This document shows positions 12,600 to 27,596 of a stretch of 64,000 nt of DNA, in pieces. The notes beneath the pieces were generated by a model. The model did no database searches. It worked only from the letters and a program-made list of their open reading frames with translations, and had not been told where the DNA came from. Source of the DNA: Chrysomallon squamiferum. Taxonomy: Eukaryota; Animalia; Mollusca. The DNA is taken from NCBI GenBank assembly GCA_012295275.1, contig CM022671.1:23808001-23872000 (forward strand). Reading direction: 5' to 3'. A program made the translations under genes and the position numbers. Within the stretch, counting starts at the first letter, position 1; every line of letters starts with the position of its first letter.

Positions 12600-13750
12600 A
12601 ACTGAAGCTTTGTGTCCTACAGCCGGCAGTGATGACACATCAAGTTTCAGACTGCACATGTCGACATCTTATGCAAAACCCTGTCTGCGGGTTCGACAAG
12701 TGAAGAAAGTGTCAAATTTAAATTAGAAGAGAACTCGTTGACAAGAAGTGCATAAATTTGACGAACAGAATGTCGTTCTTTTTCTTCTTCATGGAACTAT
12801 AAATCAAAATATTTTTAATTTACCAAAAAAAAAAAATAATAGCTTTGAAATTTTGATTTTGCTTTCTCTACACTAATTTAAAATAAAAATAAAAATAAAT
12901 AAATAAATAAATTTAAAAAAAAGAGAAAACAAAGACAGAAAGATATCTATAAAAAGACAAAGAAGATAGAAAATGTCAAATACAGAATTAACAAAAAATT
13001 AAAGGTAAGTATAAAAATATATAATTTTTAGTAAACATATCTATTTTAATGAAAAACTATTTTTTAAAAATATTTAAAACCTGTATGAAATCAAATCCTT
13101 TATAATAAAAACCTATTTTTAATCTAAAACACTACAATAAACACCTCAACTAAAACAGCAACTATAAATATCGTTACCAAAAATACTATCCACAAACTCA
13201 CATCAACCATCCTAAAAACAAAATTCTCCCAAAAATAATTTAAAAAAAATTTCATTCATCCAAAAAACACAAATTAAAAAAAAAAAAAGAAAAAAAAAGA
13301 AACGAAAATAAGCCGATAAAGAGAACATCCAACTGCTGCATGCATGCACATTGCGTTTTAAACTCCCACCGTAACAAAGCAGGTAGAGCCTTTCTGCGAG
13401 TCGACAACACATAATCATAATATAATCCGTTCGAGCTGTTGTGTGAATAGAGCCAGCCTAGATCTACAACGCTGATCACAGAAACGCACAGTGGTCCACG
13501 AAGAACACAACGTACACCAACCTACAATACACACACACCTCCAATACCCATCCCAGCACCAGTGAATTACTCGCTGGCTGGCCGCAAACACACTCCCCCT
13601 AACAGCGGCAGACAGACACAGCAGCCTCTGGTGGTGAAATCCAGTCAGACAAGTTTTTGTTTGATGGGAGACGAGCATTCTCTCATTGTGCAGTGATACT
13701 GAGAGAACGAACAGCAGCATGGTACCAGTCCATGCTTCACACTGACTCAA
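12600..13750 (-). promoter_or_regulatory. Putative internal alternative promoter / 5'UTR of the minus-strand gene
   Basis: Locally GC- and CpG-richer islands (12600-12780, 13300-13720) inside CpG-poor DNA; minus-strand donor CCA|gtaagt at ~12521; no convincing coding frame. Confidence 0.35.
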
Positions 13751-15917
13751 AAGGCAAAAAAAGGTGTATTGAATACACAAAGACATTTGTTGCCCCCCAG
13801 GGGATTAATGTAGTTCTGGAAACTGTTTTCATTAAGTAAGTGTGAGAGATAGAGATAAAAAATAAAAATAAAAAAATAAAAAAATACAACATCCTACTGT
13901 TAATATTTACATTGTCATGCACTCTAGCATGAATGAATATTTTATGTAAATTTTTCATTATATATTGAGATGATTGGTAATGACACTAAGGAACAGCAAC
14001 AATTGTAATGAGAACACCACCAATAACAGCAATGAGAGCAAGAAGGATTTTAAAATGATAATAGTTTTTCATACTACAGAGTACTCAGTTAAAAAATGTA
14101 TTTAAAAAATAATAATATAAAAAAAAAGGAATAAAAAAAAGATTAAAATTTAAACAAATTATTGACAGTTTTGGACCAAATGGTGACTGGAATGTACTGT
14201 TTAATAGATATTCATCTAATACATCAGATTCCAGTTTAATGAGTCTAGCACTGTAATGTGTTAATGTATTATAAAATGGATTTTTAAATGGCTGACTCAT
14301 CACTGCACAGGAACTTTAAATCTTTCCGGGGTTTTTTCTTTCTTTAACAGTCATTTTTTTTAAATCATTATTAATCATTTCCTGAGTCCTTCAAACCATG
14401 CCACTGATAACATAATAATCTTAAAGAAATCATCATAAAAACTAAAAATAAATAAAATAAAAATTAGCAGCTGTTCTATGTGCTGTGATATCAAGTGCAG
14501 TTTATATCATTTACTTCTCTTTTTTTTTTACAGATGATTAAAGATATGCATATTTAAACTCATACATACATATACATATGTTCGTTCATGCACAGAATTA
14601 TGCATGATGTTTTCCAGTTTTGTTCAAGGATTCATTTCTAGATTTAAAACCTAACTTGTTTAATTTTTAATACATCATTATCATAACATAATGAAGACAT
14701 GTTATGTATATCAGTATCAGTTGATTCTTTTGAGTCTGTACTGTCTAAATGGTAACAGTTAGCAGCTCAGTATACCTCTCTGCAGTACTCACAGCATTTG
14801 TCTGAGAATTTCATAGGTCAAAGGATTACTTCTCTGTGCCCACAATGGAATATTTTTCCTGTCCATGGAAAGGTGTAAATAAATTATTCGTTGCTGCTAG
14901 ATTTTATACAAACCCATTGTAATGGTAACATATTTTTTCTCGTGATAAATCACCAAGACACTTCATTCAAAAAGTTAAATTTAAAACATTTTCCCCACAA
15001 ATAATTTCTTGTATTTTGTAGTAAAATTTACTAATTTTATATTATAATTTTTGTTCAGTATTATTTAAACAGCTCGTTACGTTTTATTTAAAGTATATGA
15101 AAATGTAATTCTCCTGAATATAAATGGCAGACACTGTGATGAATGTCTAAGATAAATGATAGATGGAAATCTAAAATGAAAGCTTTAGATTGGAAAGCCA
15201 ATTAAATGCCTGGCTGCTAGTCTGCTATGGTTTCTTTCTTTCTGAGTTATCTTGTAGAAATCAATAACGTATTACAAAACAAGGTCACCTCACAAAAACA
15301 AATTTGAAAACGGTATAAAAGATAATAAAACTTGTTTTCTAAAAATGAAAAAGAGGTCAGACTGAACATCAACAACAAACTGAAAATGGAAGACAAACGT
15401 AAAAAACATATATAATATTTTGTTATTATAATTTTAAAAATTTTAGATTTTAAAAAAAAATAGCAATAATGATAATATTCCACATAAGCATTATATAATT
15501 AATAAATATAAGTAAAATTAAATTTAAAAAAAATAATAATAATGATAAAAAAAAGGAGTATATACCCTTTCAGAAACTTCAGTTACATAAAGAATATTTT
15601 TTACACCAACACTTCTTATATAAAACACACATGTATATTTTTGACAGATTTTTCTTAACAAACACACCTGTAACTCTGAGCATTCTTATCTAAGAAAGAT
15701 CTACAAAGCTTAATGATAGAGCCTCAGTGTGCTGTAACTGAATTACCTTACAGATGACCTTAAAGAACCAAGCATCCTCTGAGATGAAGGTATTTAGTAA
15801 GATAAACCTGACACTTGTGGATTGTAGTCCTGATAAGCAAAACAAAACTGATCAACAAGAAATTGAGAGAGAAAGAGAGAAAGAGATAGACAGAGAGGGA
15901 TGAGAGAGGGAGATAAA

Positions 15918-15995
15918 CAGGGTGGCCCAGATGTAACCGAACCTGAAAGCTCAATCGATTGAGCTTTTGGGTTCAGTTACACCTGGGCCACCCTG
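15918..15995. mobile_element. 78-bp palindromic Tc1/mariner-type MITE
   Basis: Two 39-bp arms with no spacer and 35/39 complementarity; termini CAGGGTGGCCCA...TGGGCCACCCTG; TA on the right flank, AA on the left (decayed TA TSD). Confidence 0.8.
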
Positions 15996-16160
<165 letters not shown>

Positions 16161-18018
16161 AAATTCAATGTCATTATTTAAAAAATCAGAAAGATCAGTT
16201 TTAGAAATAAAACTAATGTCATATATTTTAATCCAGAAATATTACAGAAACTTTATGAAGTTATTCTGGTCAGTTTCATGTTTTCATTCATTTATTAATT
16301 ATTCTGAGTTGTTTTGTTATTCCAAACAAATTCTGTCAGTTTATATATTGCTTCATCTGGTTTTTATAACAGAGTGATGAAACACATTAACCCAAAAGAG
16401 TTACAGAATATATGAATTCATATGGGTTTTTTTCATTTATCTACTGAACAGCAATGGTGTCGATTCCTTAACATTTACTAGGTAAATAATTTTATTTAAC
16501 TTAAAACGTATCTTTTTTCTTTTTTTAATTTTCCCTTTAAATTTTTGAATTTTATTATTTCAAGGCCTGCAAAAATATTAAAGTCATTCATAATAAAACC
16601 TAATTATCATTATTATGAGATCCTTTCAAGCATTAAATGCAGACATAAAATAATGTTTAATGACTAGATATAATCACAGCTCGTCTTGAAAGGTAAAACT
16701 TCTATCTCAGATCTCATAATACAAATTCTCTCCCCGAGTTTCAGATTTAGGTTAATTAGAAATGTACAGACAGGTTCTCTGATGAAATTTGGTCTTCTTT
16801 TAACAAACTCTTTTAACTATGAAGCATCAGGCCATACACTCCTTGAACAAATATTTACAATCTATGGTTCGTGTAAAGAATGTTTGCCAATGTTATGGCT
16901 TATCTCCTGCATTAGTACGTAACAAGTGTGAATTATCAAGGAATTTTACTTTTATCAAGAGTGATCTTTTGTCCTGGTACCCACGTTAACAGTTTAAGAA
17001 TTTCCACTTTAATCAATGTGTTGTAACAGAGGTATTTAATTTATGGAGATTAGGTTTTTGTTTTATCTTTAGGTAATTCTGGTATAAATTATTACGTCCT
17101 TAAGGTAAATTTAAAAAACTAAAAATAAAAAAAATAAAATCATCTTGTCTAAATTATAGCCCCTAAACTGCTAAAGAAAAGCTGTTTTAATCTTTGGTAA
17201 CAGATTAGTTAAATAATTAAGATTTCAGTATACAAAATAGTAAATTAATCTGAATAACAAAAATAGGTTTAATTTCAGCAAAATTACTATTATTATTATT
17301 AGTAGTAGTAGTAGTAGTAGTAATAGCAGTAGTAGTAGTAGTAGTAGTAGTAGAGGTATAAGACAATTTTAAAGAGGAACAGTGATGAATGATTAACTGA
17401 AATGGATATATAAAATATGGTCAAGGGCTTCACATCATTTGAAATATAAATTTTATCATTATTATTGTTGTTATTATTATTATTATTATTATAAGCAAAT
17501 TTGAAAAACTGGAACAATGATCAATGATTAACCGAAATGGTTACATAAAATATGTTTAATAATATCGCACACTCTGAATGTAAGCTCTCCAAAAATTTGT
17601 ATTATAACAAAGCTACTGCATTTAGCATCTCAAGGTTTTTCAACTGTTAGATACATCAGCCTGCAGTTAGTGAGTGACTCATGGTTTGTGGTCAAGTGTC
17701 CAGCTCAGACCATCGGGTCTTTGGGTCACCATGTATCTCTGTCTGGGTCAGTTAACCTCAGTGACATTAATTAGAGATAAATAATTCATTAAAATGTTTT
17801 ATAAATCTTATCTAATTATTTATAAGAAAGGAGATTTGATAAAATATGCCCACTTTATATAATCACTTTATTTCACGTGTTTTTTTTCCTTTTTTTTTAA
17901 GAAATTTTTTGTAGAATGTTTTAGATGTGTTTGTTTTGTGTTTTTCTGAGGTTTTTAAAATTTATTTTGGAACAATGTTTATTTTTCTGATTTAAATCTT
18001 TTTAAATTTTATTATTAA

Positions 18019-18052
<34 letters not shown>

Positions 18053-18873
18053 TTCTTTTTTAAAAATCTATTTTTGTACAGTATTCATGCTTTCCTAAAG
18101 AGAACATTTCTTGGAAAACTCACATACCTGTATTAATGCCAACTATTTAAATGGCAGAATTAAAAGGCACATGTTTTTTATATAAATGTGAAATGTAAAT
18201 AAGGATGTTCAAAAACCAATGTTTTGACAAGACAATCGCCTACATACTTTCTTAAATATAAACCTCATGTTAGACAAATTATCAAACCAGACAATGCAGA
18301 TTCCTTACAGATGAACATCATCTGTACACGAAAATTCTATATTAAAGGTTTACACACTGGTTTACACAATGTTCTACATACACAGAGTATGTCATGAAGC
18401 TCACAGTTCTGTAGATGTGACATATACATGTTATTACATCTCTGACAAATGCAAGGAACATTGCATTATCTGATATTTACACAGGCAAAAGTTTATGTAC
18501 ACACTCAACTAACAATTCTCAGCATAATGGTGTGGCAAAAGAAAAAATTTTGCAATCTGTAAAAAGAATGGAATAAAACAGTATTTTAGTATTTAAGGTT
18601 ATCTTTTGTGTTGCATTTGAGAATAAAAATATATTATTTGTAAAAAAAAAAAAAAAAAATCTTTCACTTTATTTCATCATTTGATGAATTATAAGAATGT
18701 AAAATTGTCACCTTTAAATATCTGTTCTGTTTTTTCTTTATTTTCATTTAAAAATGTGAACACAAACACCTTGAATACATGTATCTAAATATTGTAATAC
18801 TAATAGTTAAGTAATTCTGTCTTACTCAATTTTCTATTAATTCTATTTTTATTGATTTATTTATTTATTGATT

Positions 18874-18941
<68 letters not shown>

Positions 18942-19331
18942 TTCTTCAAAAAAAGATTTAAAATTGACAAATTGTATTTCTTTTTTGATCTATACAACAC
19001 TGATAAAACAGGATGCTAGTTACAGTTACTTCTTGTGAACGTAGGAATGAATGTTTTGGGTTATCTCAGTACAAAATTTCTTTGACTATTAAGTGTTATG
19101 AAGAGTTACAATATGAACACATTATTAACTCTGTTTAAACATAGTATGTTCTTCTTGAGGAAGTTACAATGAAAGTGAGCTAAATTAATGATGTTTTGCA
19201 GCGTCTTCTCTTTAATTCGATTAAAACAACTTGCATCATTTGCAGAGAGACCAAAATGTAATTAAGATTTCATTTCCTGTATTTTCCAGTCCAATGAAAA
19301 AGAGTTCTAAACTGTTAATATTATAATAAAC

Positions 19332-19462
<131 letters not shown>

Positions 19463-21803
19463 AGTTATTATAATGGCATTTTTTTGTAGGAGAGGTCAAG
19501 AATGGCCAATCAATCTGTATAAATAAAGGAATTATGAGTCTGGCACTGGACTGGGAAAACAAGAACATGTCCAGATCATCATGTGGTGTTTACTTTTGCA
19601 CTCACCATGCAAGCACTGACTGATGGAGACATGTGTCTGACAGATACAGACAACTGTTGAAAGAAATTATAATCCTCTCAACCAGTTTTTATTAAAATAA
19701 ATTTTTGGTTCAAGGTCTTGTTCTTGTTTCCCTAATGCTTTTATTGTAAAAAACTGTGTTCCCTGTTATAATTTTGATTATCATATATTTTGTGTTTTAT
19801 TTACTTCTGTTCATTTTTTTTTTCATATCATCATCTTTATCATCATCATTGTCACTGACATTATGTCATGATTATAGAAACAAAATTTTGTTACTTCTTT
19901 TTAAACTTTTTTTTTTACTTCATTTTATGTTTCTATCTTGACCCATTTTATCTGGATTTCATCTATAACAAAATGCATGTACAGAATGACGTCATTTAAA
20001 TAATCACAAAACAGATGTAGAGTTCAGAAACAAAACAACAATCTTCAGAAGGAACGTAACATATACTTCAGAGAAAATAAACACAACACTGTCACCAAGA
20101 GAATTACAGGAGATAAAATTTCTTAAAAGAAAATGCTAAATTAAGCCGGTTTAAGCAGCACAATGAGGTATTATATCAGAAAGATCAAAGGTCTTAAAAC
20201 TGAGCAGTAGATTAACTTGTGTAACTGTTGCACGTCGGTGTATCTGTGATTAACCCTTGTGAGCCAGTACAAAGACAGCGCATTGTTGTTTGTTGTAATG
20301 ATCCACCTGAGAACAAAGAGAACCTAGTTAAATCTGTTGTGTCTTGAAATTAATAACATGGCTTATTAAAGATGATGGTAGTCAATGTGATGTATGATTT
20401 TTCAGTGTTAATTGGGGAACTTCTGAAGAAGAAAACAAATTATAACAAATAATGATAAATAAAAGTTAAAAATAAACTGATAAAACGGTGTGAAAAATGT
20501 TCTGAATTCAGTGAAGATAAACGTATCAGTTTCACTTCCTCTGTGACTTTGAATTAACCTTTTCTGTGTCAAAAATTTTAAATATTTTTTCTAAATATCA
20601 GTACTTTCCTTTACTAATACCAAAGTTCTTGAATGAGTTTTTTTTGTTAATGAATACATGATAATAAAAACCTTTTGTGCATTTTGCTGTTACCAGAATT
20701 AAAGTAAATTTTGAAACTATTTTTATTTTATTTTATTAAATGACAATGATATACTTATTTTTAAATAAGGCAATGTTTTAATTATTCACCAAATATATTT
20801 TATTTTAAACAAACATCTTTGTCTGGATGATCAATGAAAACAGGTCAGGCAGATTAATAATTCAAACTCATGTAAAGTATTTAATTAATCACTGTAAGTA
20901 CAAAAAAAGGATTACCATCAGTTTATAATTTAAATATGCTTATATACATATATCGTAGTATCATAAGCAACAGATAGAAAAAAAATAGACAATGAATGGT
21001 GTAAAGCATGTAAAACAAAATGTGTTGTGTGTCTGAATGTGTCTCATCTCCAAACTTCTTTTTCTTTCTTATTTCTTATTGTTAATAGATTATTATTCTG
21101 AACTATTACAGATAATGTAAATTAAGCATCAATTTTAAATTATTAAATATGGCTAAAAATATTAGATATTAGATATAGGCTACATATTAAATGTTATATT
21201 ATATATATAAGTACATTGCAGGCCTGTTAAAAAGTTACTCCTCTGATGTGTGTGGTGTGTGAAAAAGTTCACACCTAGACCAGTGTTGATGTAACACCTG
21301 ATACTCTGTACAGGAGATAATCACTGTAATCTACTCTGTACAAATATTATTTCTAATACACATTCAGAATGGATAGCAGGTCTGTCTGTAAACTGGAGCA
21401 AAGGTAAAATAAACAATGATCTTTCATCTACGTTTGTGTTCTCTTTTCCACTTGTAACATGATTTGAATGACCCTCAGAAACACATACAGTAAATATTAA
21501 ACAGAAAATATGAATGAGAATATTAGTATATATATGTACAAACATATATACATCTATATATTCATATAAATATATACATATTTTACACACACACACACAC
21601 ACACACAAACTCATATAATATACACGTACATGATCAAATACAAAGAGACTTTCTCACTGAACATTATTTGGTCAAAAGTAAAAAGTTTTATAACATTCCA
21701 CATAAATATCACTGCAAGCTGTGAAGAAAAGTGTAACACATTTTTTAACACTGAAAATTCAAATTTGTTTTCATAATGCTTATGATATATGAAGTAAAAT
21801 TAC

Positions 21804-21899
21804 CTTCTTTTTAGGCTGTGAATTTGTAGCATTACTTCCTTTAAACATCTGTGGAACGTGGGATCCTGACTTAAAAGCTTGCATTTTTGTGTTGAACAT
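21804..21899 (-). CDS. Candidate alternative first coding exon (MFNTKMQAFKSGSHVPQMFKGSNATNSQPKKK), phase 0 donor
   Basis: ATG preceded by in-frame stop, 32 open codons, donor AAG|gtaatt; would join in frame to the 57-nt exon at 3323-3379. Confidence 0.4.
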
Positions 21900-22760
21900 T
21901 GGTAATCCAGTTCTTGATAGAAAACTTTGTCAACAATGACTCTTCAACAAGAAATCACTCACAATCAGTTTTCAAATTTGCGGGGACAGCTCAACAACCC
22001 CCAGATTCAATGATTTTTTTTGTTTTGTTTTGTTTAAGGAACAGGAAATGCAGGGCAGGTTAAAGGTAGAAAAGAACCTCTCCCAGGCTGGAGCTGTTTT
22101 GAATTTATTACCAGGTGCTAAACTTAAATCCATTATATTCCAACAATCCAACGTACAAGTGTTAGATTTTTTTTTTTTTTTTTTTTACATTTCATCCTTT
22201 AACCCCAACCTTGTATACACTGAATTAACTTATTGGCCAGGTGCAGAAACCACCTTTTTGTTTTCAGACTGGGTGTAGGATTCCAGTAACTTGAACATGG
22301 ATTGTGATATACTTACATTAACATTACAATGTTTACACAGTGAAGATATAAAGTGAGTGTGTTGAAACCAGTTCAAATAATATTGTTTTTCTTTTTCTTC
22401 TTCGCTTTGTTGTGGGGTTTTTTAGGTGTTTTTTTTCTGATTATTACATCTGCTGTTAATACCACCACCTGTATGCTGATTTTATAGAAAAATACTTCAC
22501 TCTTTGGAAAAGTTGTTTTTATGGTAAAGTTGTGAAGTAAGTTGAGTCTTCTTACTAAATGAATCATAGAAGTATTTGCATTATTTGTTGTTGTTGTTGT
22601 TGTTTTTCTTCATTATAATTAAAGCACTGATAACATATCTGAGATACATTCAGGAATATATTTTGACATTTTAACATGCATTAGATCTGAACATGAACCA
22701 AGTCCCTTTAAATTAATAGAATTACTTTTGTTGATTTTAATATTAGAAGATATAACATAC

Positions 22761-22802
<42 letters not shown>

Positions 22803-24364
22803 CATTTTATTTTAAAATGTTAATATAATAAAAAGAAGTCTTTGTTATTACTTAAAATTATGTGCTCAATTTGATTAAATAAAGCAGTCAGTTAATATGT
22901 ACTGTTTACAAATCTGAACAGCACTGGATGTCAATTTTATATACAAATTACATATTAATAAATTTGGAAAAAAAAGCCAATATAGAGATAAATAAAAACT
23001 TTTTTTACATATTTAGTTTTTTAAACCTTTCATGAATTCACCTTTATCTGTTAAAAATCAATTTACTTTATACAAATAAAAACTGCTCACAATATAGTTT
23101 TATTTTATTAATTTGTTTTATTTCTTTTTTTTTTTTTTTGTAATCCAAGCTTGGTAGGCTTTGAATGTCAAAATTACCCTATATTTAAAATGGTGAGCAC
23201 TAAAACCATGGCTCTGTGCAAGTCTAAAAGAAAAATACATTTGTGTGTGTATAAACATACAGGCCACTGGATTTTCATTAAACTGGCCAAACTCTTATCT
23301 GCCAGGTGTGTTGAGGTAAATGTGATATATGGTTATTATACAAACGAGCTTTCCCCCATCTCTGTAACATTAAAGTACAGTAAACATTTCTTAAAATTGC
23401 TAATGCCACAGGTAATTTCCCCACCACCGAATTTAAAAAGTAACCATCTTTATGTAATTAAATTTGTGAGGAAGGAAGTAAAAGATAAAGTAAAAATTTT
23501 ATTTGAAGAAAAAGAGTTGTACTGTTATACCATTTCCTCAGTAAATTCTGGATAGGGAATTAGTTGTGTCTAATATAATTACAATATGATGATGATATAA
23601 TAATAATAATGATGCCTCTTAGTCTTATTATTATTACTATTATTGTTGTTATTATTGTTGTTGTTGTTGTTACTATTGTTACCACTGCTACTATTAATAT
23701 TACTTTTACTACAACTACTACTACTATTACTGATGACAGTGATTCTGGAATTTCTTATAAACAAAACTTTTCAACAAACACATCCTCTGGCATTTCAGTA
23801 CATATATACCTATAACTTTACTACAAAAACAAGATATACATGTGTTGTGATATAAATGAACCATGCAGACCAGACAGATGAAAATTATTCATTTAGCAGG
23901 TAATACATTCTCCACCAGACCTCCATTCATCATGTCCAGAGCAATTACCTTCCAAAAAGAAATCCAATTACTTTTTACATGTAAATATATTATATGAGTA
24001 TTTTTTATAAATTTATTTTAAAAATCTTCTGAAGTCTCATTAGCTAAAAAAAAAAAAAAAATATGCTCTGTGTTTTAACACTAGGTAGTGTATGCTTTAT
24101 GGCTATTTTTCATGATCTTTGTAAACTGTTTTCAGTGACGGATATACAAATACCAGTTCAGCATTTGTGAAGAATAAAAGTAAAGAGAAAGACAACTTCT
24201 GTGAGTAAAAAGTATAATGTAATTGAATGTTGTTATTGCTGTTGTTTTGTTGTTTGTATTTTGTTTGTTGCTTTTTGTTGTTATTTATTTATTATTATTT
24301 CATTTTATATTTTATTATTATTTTTATTTTTTTTTTTATTTTTTATTACTTTAATACAATTATT

Positions 24365-24475
24365 ATTTATTTTATTTTATTTTATTTTATTTTATTTTAT
24401 TTTATTTTATTTTATTTTATTTTATTTTATTTTACTTTACTTTTTACTTTACTTTACTTTACTTTACTTTATTTT
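24365..24475. repeat. (ATTTT)n/(ACTTT)n pentanucleotide repeat
   Basis: Directly visible. Confidence 0.9.
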
Positions 24476-27072
24476 ATCTACTTATTTTATTATTATTATT
24501 ATTTATAATTTAAAAAAATCATATAAAAATGTCTGAAAAGAAGGATTCTTTTTTAAAAAAAAAACCAGAAACATTTCCTCTGGCAGACATATCAAAACAA
24601 GCTAACCGCTCTGTGGAGTTTCTTCAAAACAGGACATGACAGTACCATGCAGGTCATTAAATTTAATGATGTGATGCGAAGGGTAGGAAGAAAAGTAAGA
24701 AGAAAACATGTCCTGAATATCCGAGGTCAAAACAAAAATTAACAAGATGAAAGAGGAAGAAAAAATATTTTTAATAATAATAATGATGATGATGATGATG
24801 ATGATGATGATAAAATGTAAATCTAAATCAATACAGAGATGGCGTGGTTATGTGTATGGATGATCCACTTCAATAATAAAATAAATATAAATTAACTTTA
24901 TATAGAAAAAAAAAAATCTGAAAATATAATAAACTATTCAATTACAAGCTTATTTATCAATGAAATATGTATTTGATACAAAAGAAATAATTAAATAATA
25001 ATAATAATAATAATAACAATTATAATAAATTCTCAAGAAAACAAAATTAGGTTGCTTCTGAAAATAATATGTATATTTTTTTTTTTTTTTTTTTTATTTC
25101 CATGTGCAAGAGAGTAAGACTGGTTTATATTTATTAAAATATATGTAAATTACACTGTATATATTAGCCTTACTTTAGATATATGTAATTCCTGTAAACA
25201 TTCACCATCATCATATTTAACTCATACTTCATGGACTTTTTCCATCAACCAAGTTAAATACAGATTTCTAGAAATACTTGCAGACTCTCAAGAGTTGTCT
25301 CCCTTCATATATAAAACCATTAAAACAAATTCTATCCACAATATGCAATACATTTATTTATTAGTTTTACTAATTACAGGTAAAAAAATGTTACAATCAG
25401 TTAATAAAAATACTTTTTTCTGATTTAATTATTTCATGAAGATATTTTAGGCCTTTAAATGAAATATACTGTCTGAAATTTTTGTTTGTTTTTGCTTGTT
25501 TTATTATTATTATTTTTTTTTTTGTTATTTTTTTTTTTTTTTTTTTTTTCTGCTTCTCTTTCTGTGTCTATTTATTTATAGGGTGTGTATGTGACTCTAT
25601 TTGTTTTAAAGATAAAAAAATATATAATAATGTGTATTAATGTAGAGATACTTCAGCAAATTAAACAGAAGCTAATAATAAAAAAAATACATTAAAACAA
25701 TAGCATAAATTTTATTCTATGTACTTTGTTACTAGCATCTGGCTAGAAATTATAAACAAAAAAAACAAAACAAAAAAAATATGTTGATTGAAATAGAAAT
25801 GCAAACAGAAAAATAAATACATATACATTTTAAACACAAGTGATTGTGAATGTAAGTGGCCTTGAAAATACTGAAAGGTTTCCTTAAATGTATCTGGTAT
25901 TCAGATAATATATTTTAAATATGCTCAAAAACATTTTGCTTATTATAATTTTGTTGTATTATTATTAATTAGTTTTATTATAATTAATTAATTTCTAAAA
26001 TGAATGCTATTTCTCTTTAAGTGTTAAAAATATGTGCACAATAGAAATGGAATAACAAGAATCTGACTTTCATAATTCCAGCAGGCACATTTTTTTTTTT
26101 TTTTTTTCATAAATCTATGTCCAGTTTGGATGCACACATTCAAACTGCTGTCAGTGTTATTCATGATAATATATGTTTTATTATTTTAACGAATACTAAA
26201 GAAGAAGTAAAACTGGCAGACAAAACCAATTATTAATGATTATGAAAAGATTAATGATTAATGATTATAAATGAAGATGGTTACCCTTACTGAAAATAGG
26301 TCAACATTTGTTCAAAAAGTTTTATTTACTTAGAAAATATTTGATGTTATTTTTTATATATATATTTTTTAACACTGAATTATACTTAAAATTCAAATGT
26401 TATATGTTTAAACTTTAATATTTATCCTTTCAGTGATTATCAAACACTGAATATGAGGGGTCCAATAAATATATAGAATTTGTTTAATAATAACATAATT
26501 ATGATAGATGTAAAGGATTTTTTGATATGTGAAATAATAGTTTATGGGGTCAGCAACAGTTAAAAGGGATGGGATTCATTTATGTAATCTGTAAACATTT
26601 ACAATATCACCATGAATAATCCAAATATTATACTAACACTATATACAATAATATATATATAGTAATTAGTATATCAGGTAAAATAATTAGTATTTACTGA
26701 GAATGATGAAATTTGTCTATGTTATTGTGAACATATTTTTGATTCTGAAATAAAAGTTTGTTTTTCTTAAAAATCCTACTGATGTGTAAAGATTATGAGC
26801 ATAAAGTGAATGACAAATAACCCAGGATCTGGTATATTTTTAATTTTAAATTCATTCATAATATAATTATTATCTACTTCTTAATAACATCTCGGCAGTT
26901 GTCTAATGGATGACCATGATGGCGATTGAAGACATCAAATGTTGTACGATCTCGTACCCTTTAGGAGATGCTATCAATGTATCATGACTCATTCAGACGA
27001 ATACAAAATAGGAGTGAGTGTGAAAAATCAGACAAACATGCAAAACAAATTTAAATATAAAACTGTACTCAC

Positions 27073-27094
27073 TTGTCTTGATTCTGTTCCACAT
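27073..27094 (-). CDS. Candidate alternative micro first exon (MWNRIKT+1 nt), phase 1
   Basis: ATG TGG AAC AGA ATC AAG ACA A|gtgagt; same phase as the exon 100 bp upstream. Confidence 0.3.
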
Positions 27095-27197
27095 AAAGAC
27101 AACAATGAAAAAGAATAAAAAGTAATAAACATTAATAAATAAATAAGCAGCAGATGAACATAAATCGTATTAAATGTAAACAATAAAGAAAACTAAC

Positions 27198-27207
27198 CTG
27201 TCGCCAT
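27198..27207 (-). CDS. First coding exon (MAT+1 nt) of large unidentified minus-strand gene running off the left end
   Basis: aaaATGGCG housekeeping-type start context followed by CAG|gttagt donor; sits at the CpG-poor / CpG-retaining boundary. Confidence 0.55.
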
Positions 27208-27540
27208 TTTTCCTTTGATCCTGTTTCAAAAGCCGCCAAATGATATCATTTCCGCATTGTTCTGTTACGGTAATTCCCTCCCTTTATTTGTAATACGACT
27301 AACAAAATTAATAGAAGTTAATGATAACTGGAAGGTAAACTTTCCATTCGTTTAAAAAAAAAAAAATTGTAAAAATTAAAAAAAGACAGAATGAAAAAAA
27401 GAAGAAAAAAAAAAACTGAAGAAGTAAAAGAGATGAATTTCAGTAGGCCTGCTTAGTTATTGAAACAGAAGCAACAATTTTAGCCTTTGCAACTTAGTGA
27501 TTAAATCGAGAATAGTTTGCAATTAAATTATTACTTTTTG

Positions 27541-27595
<55 letters not shown>
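27541..27595. repeat. (AAT)n microsatellite
   Basis: Directly visible. Confidence 0.95.

Positions 27596-27596
<1 letters not shown>

Noticed and set aside
23151-23555. 134-aa plus-strand ORF
   Set aside because: Non-ATG start, no recognisable motif, composition like the surrounding intron, and antisense to the inferred host gene.
26886-27000. Possible intronic snoRNA near the left gene's first exons
   Set aside because: No properly placed C/D or H/ACA boxes or terminal stem on the host strand.
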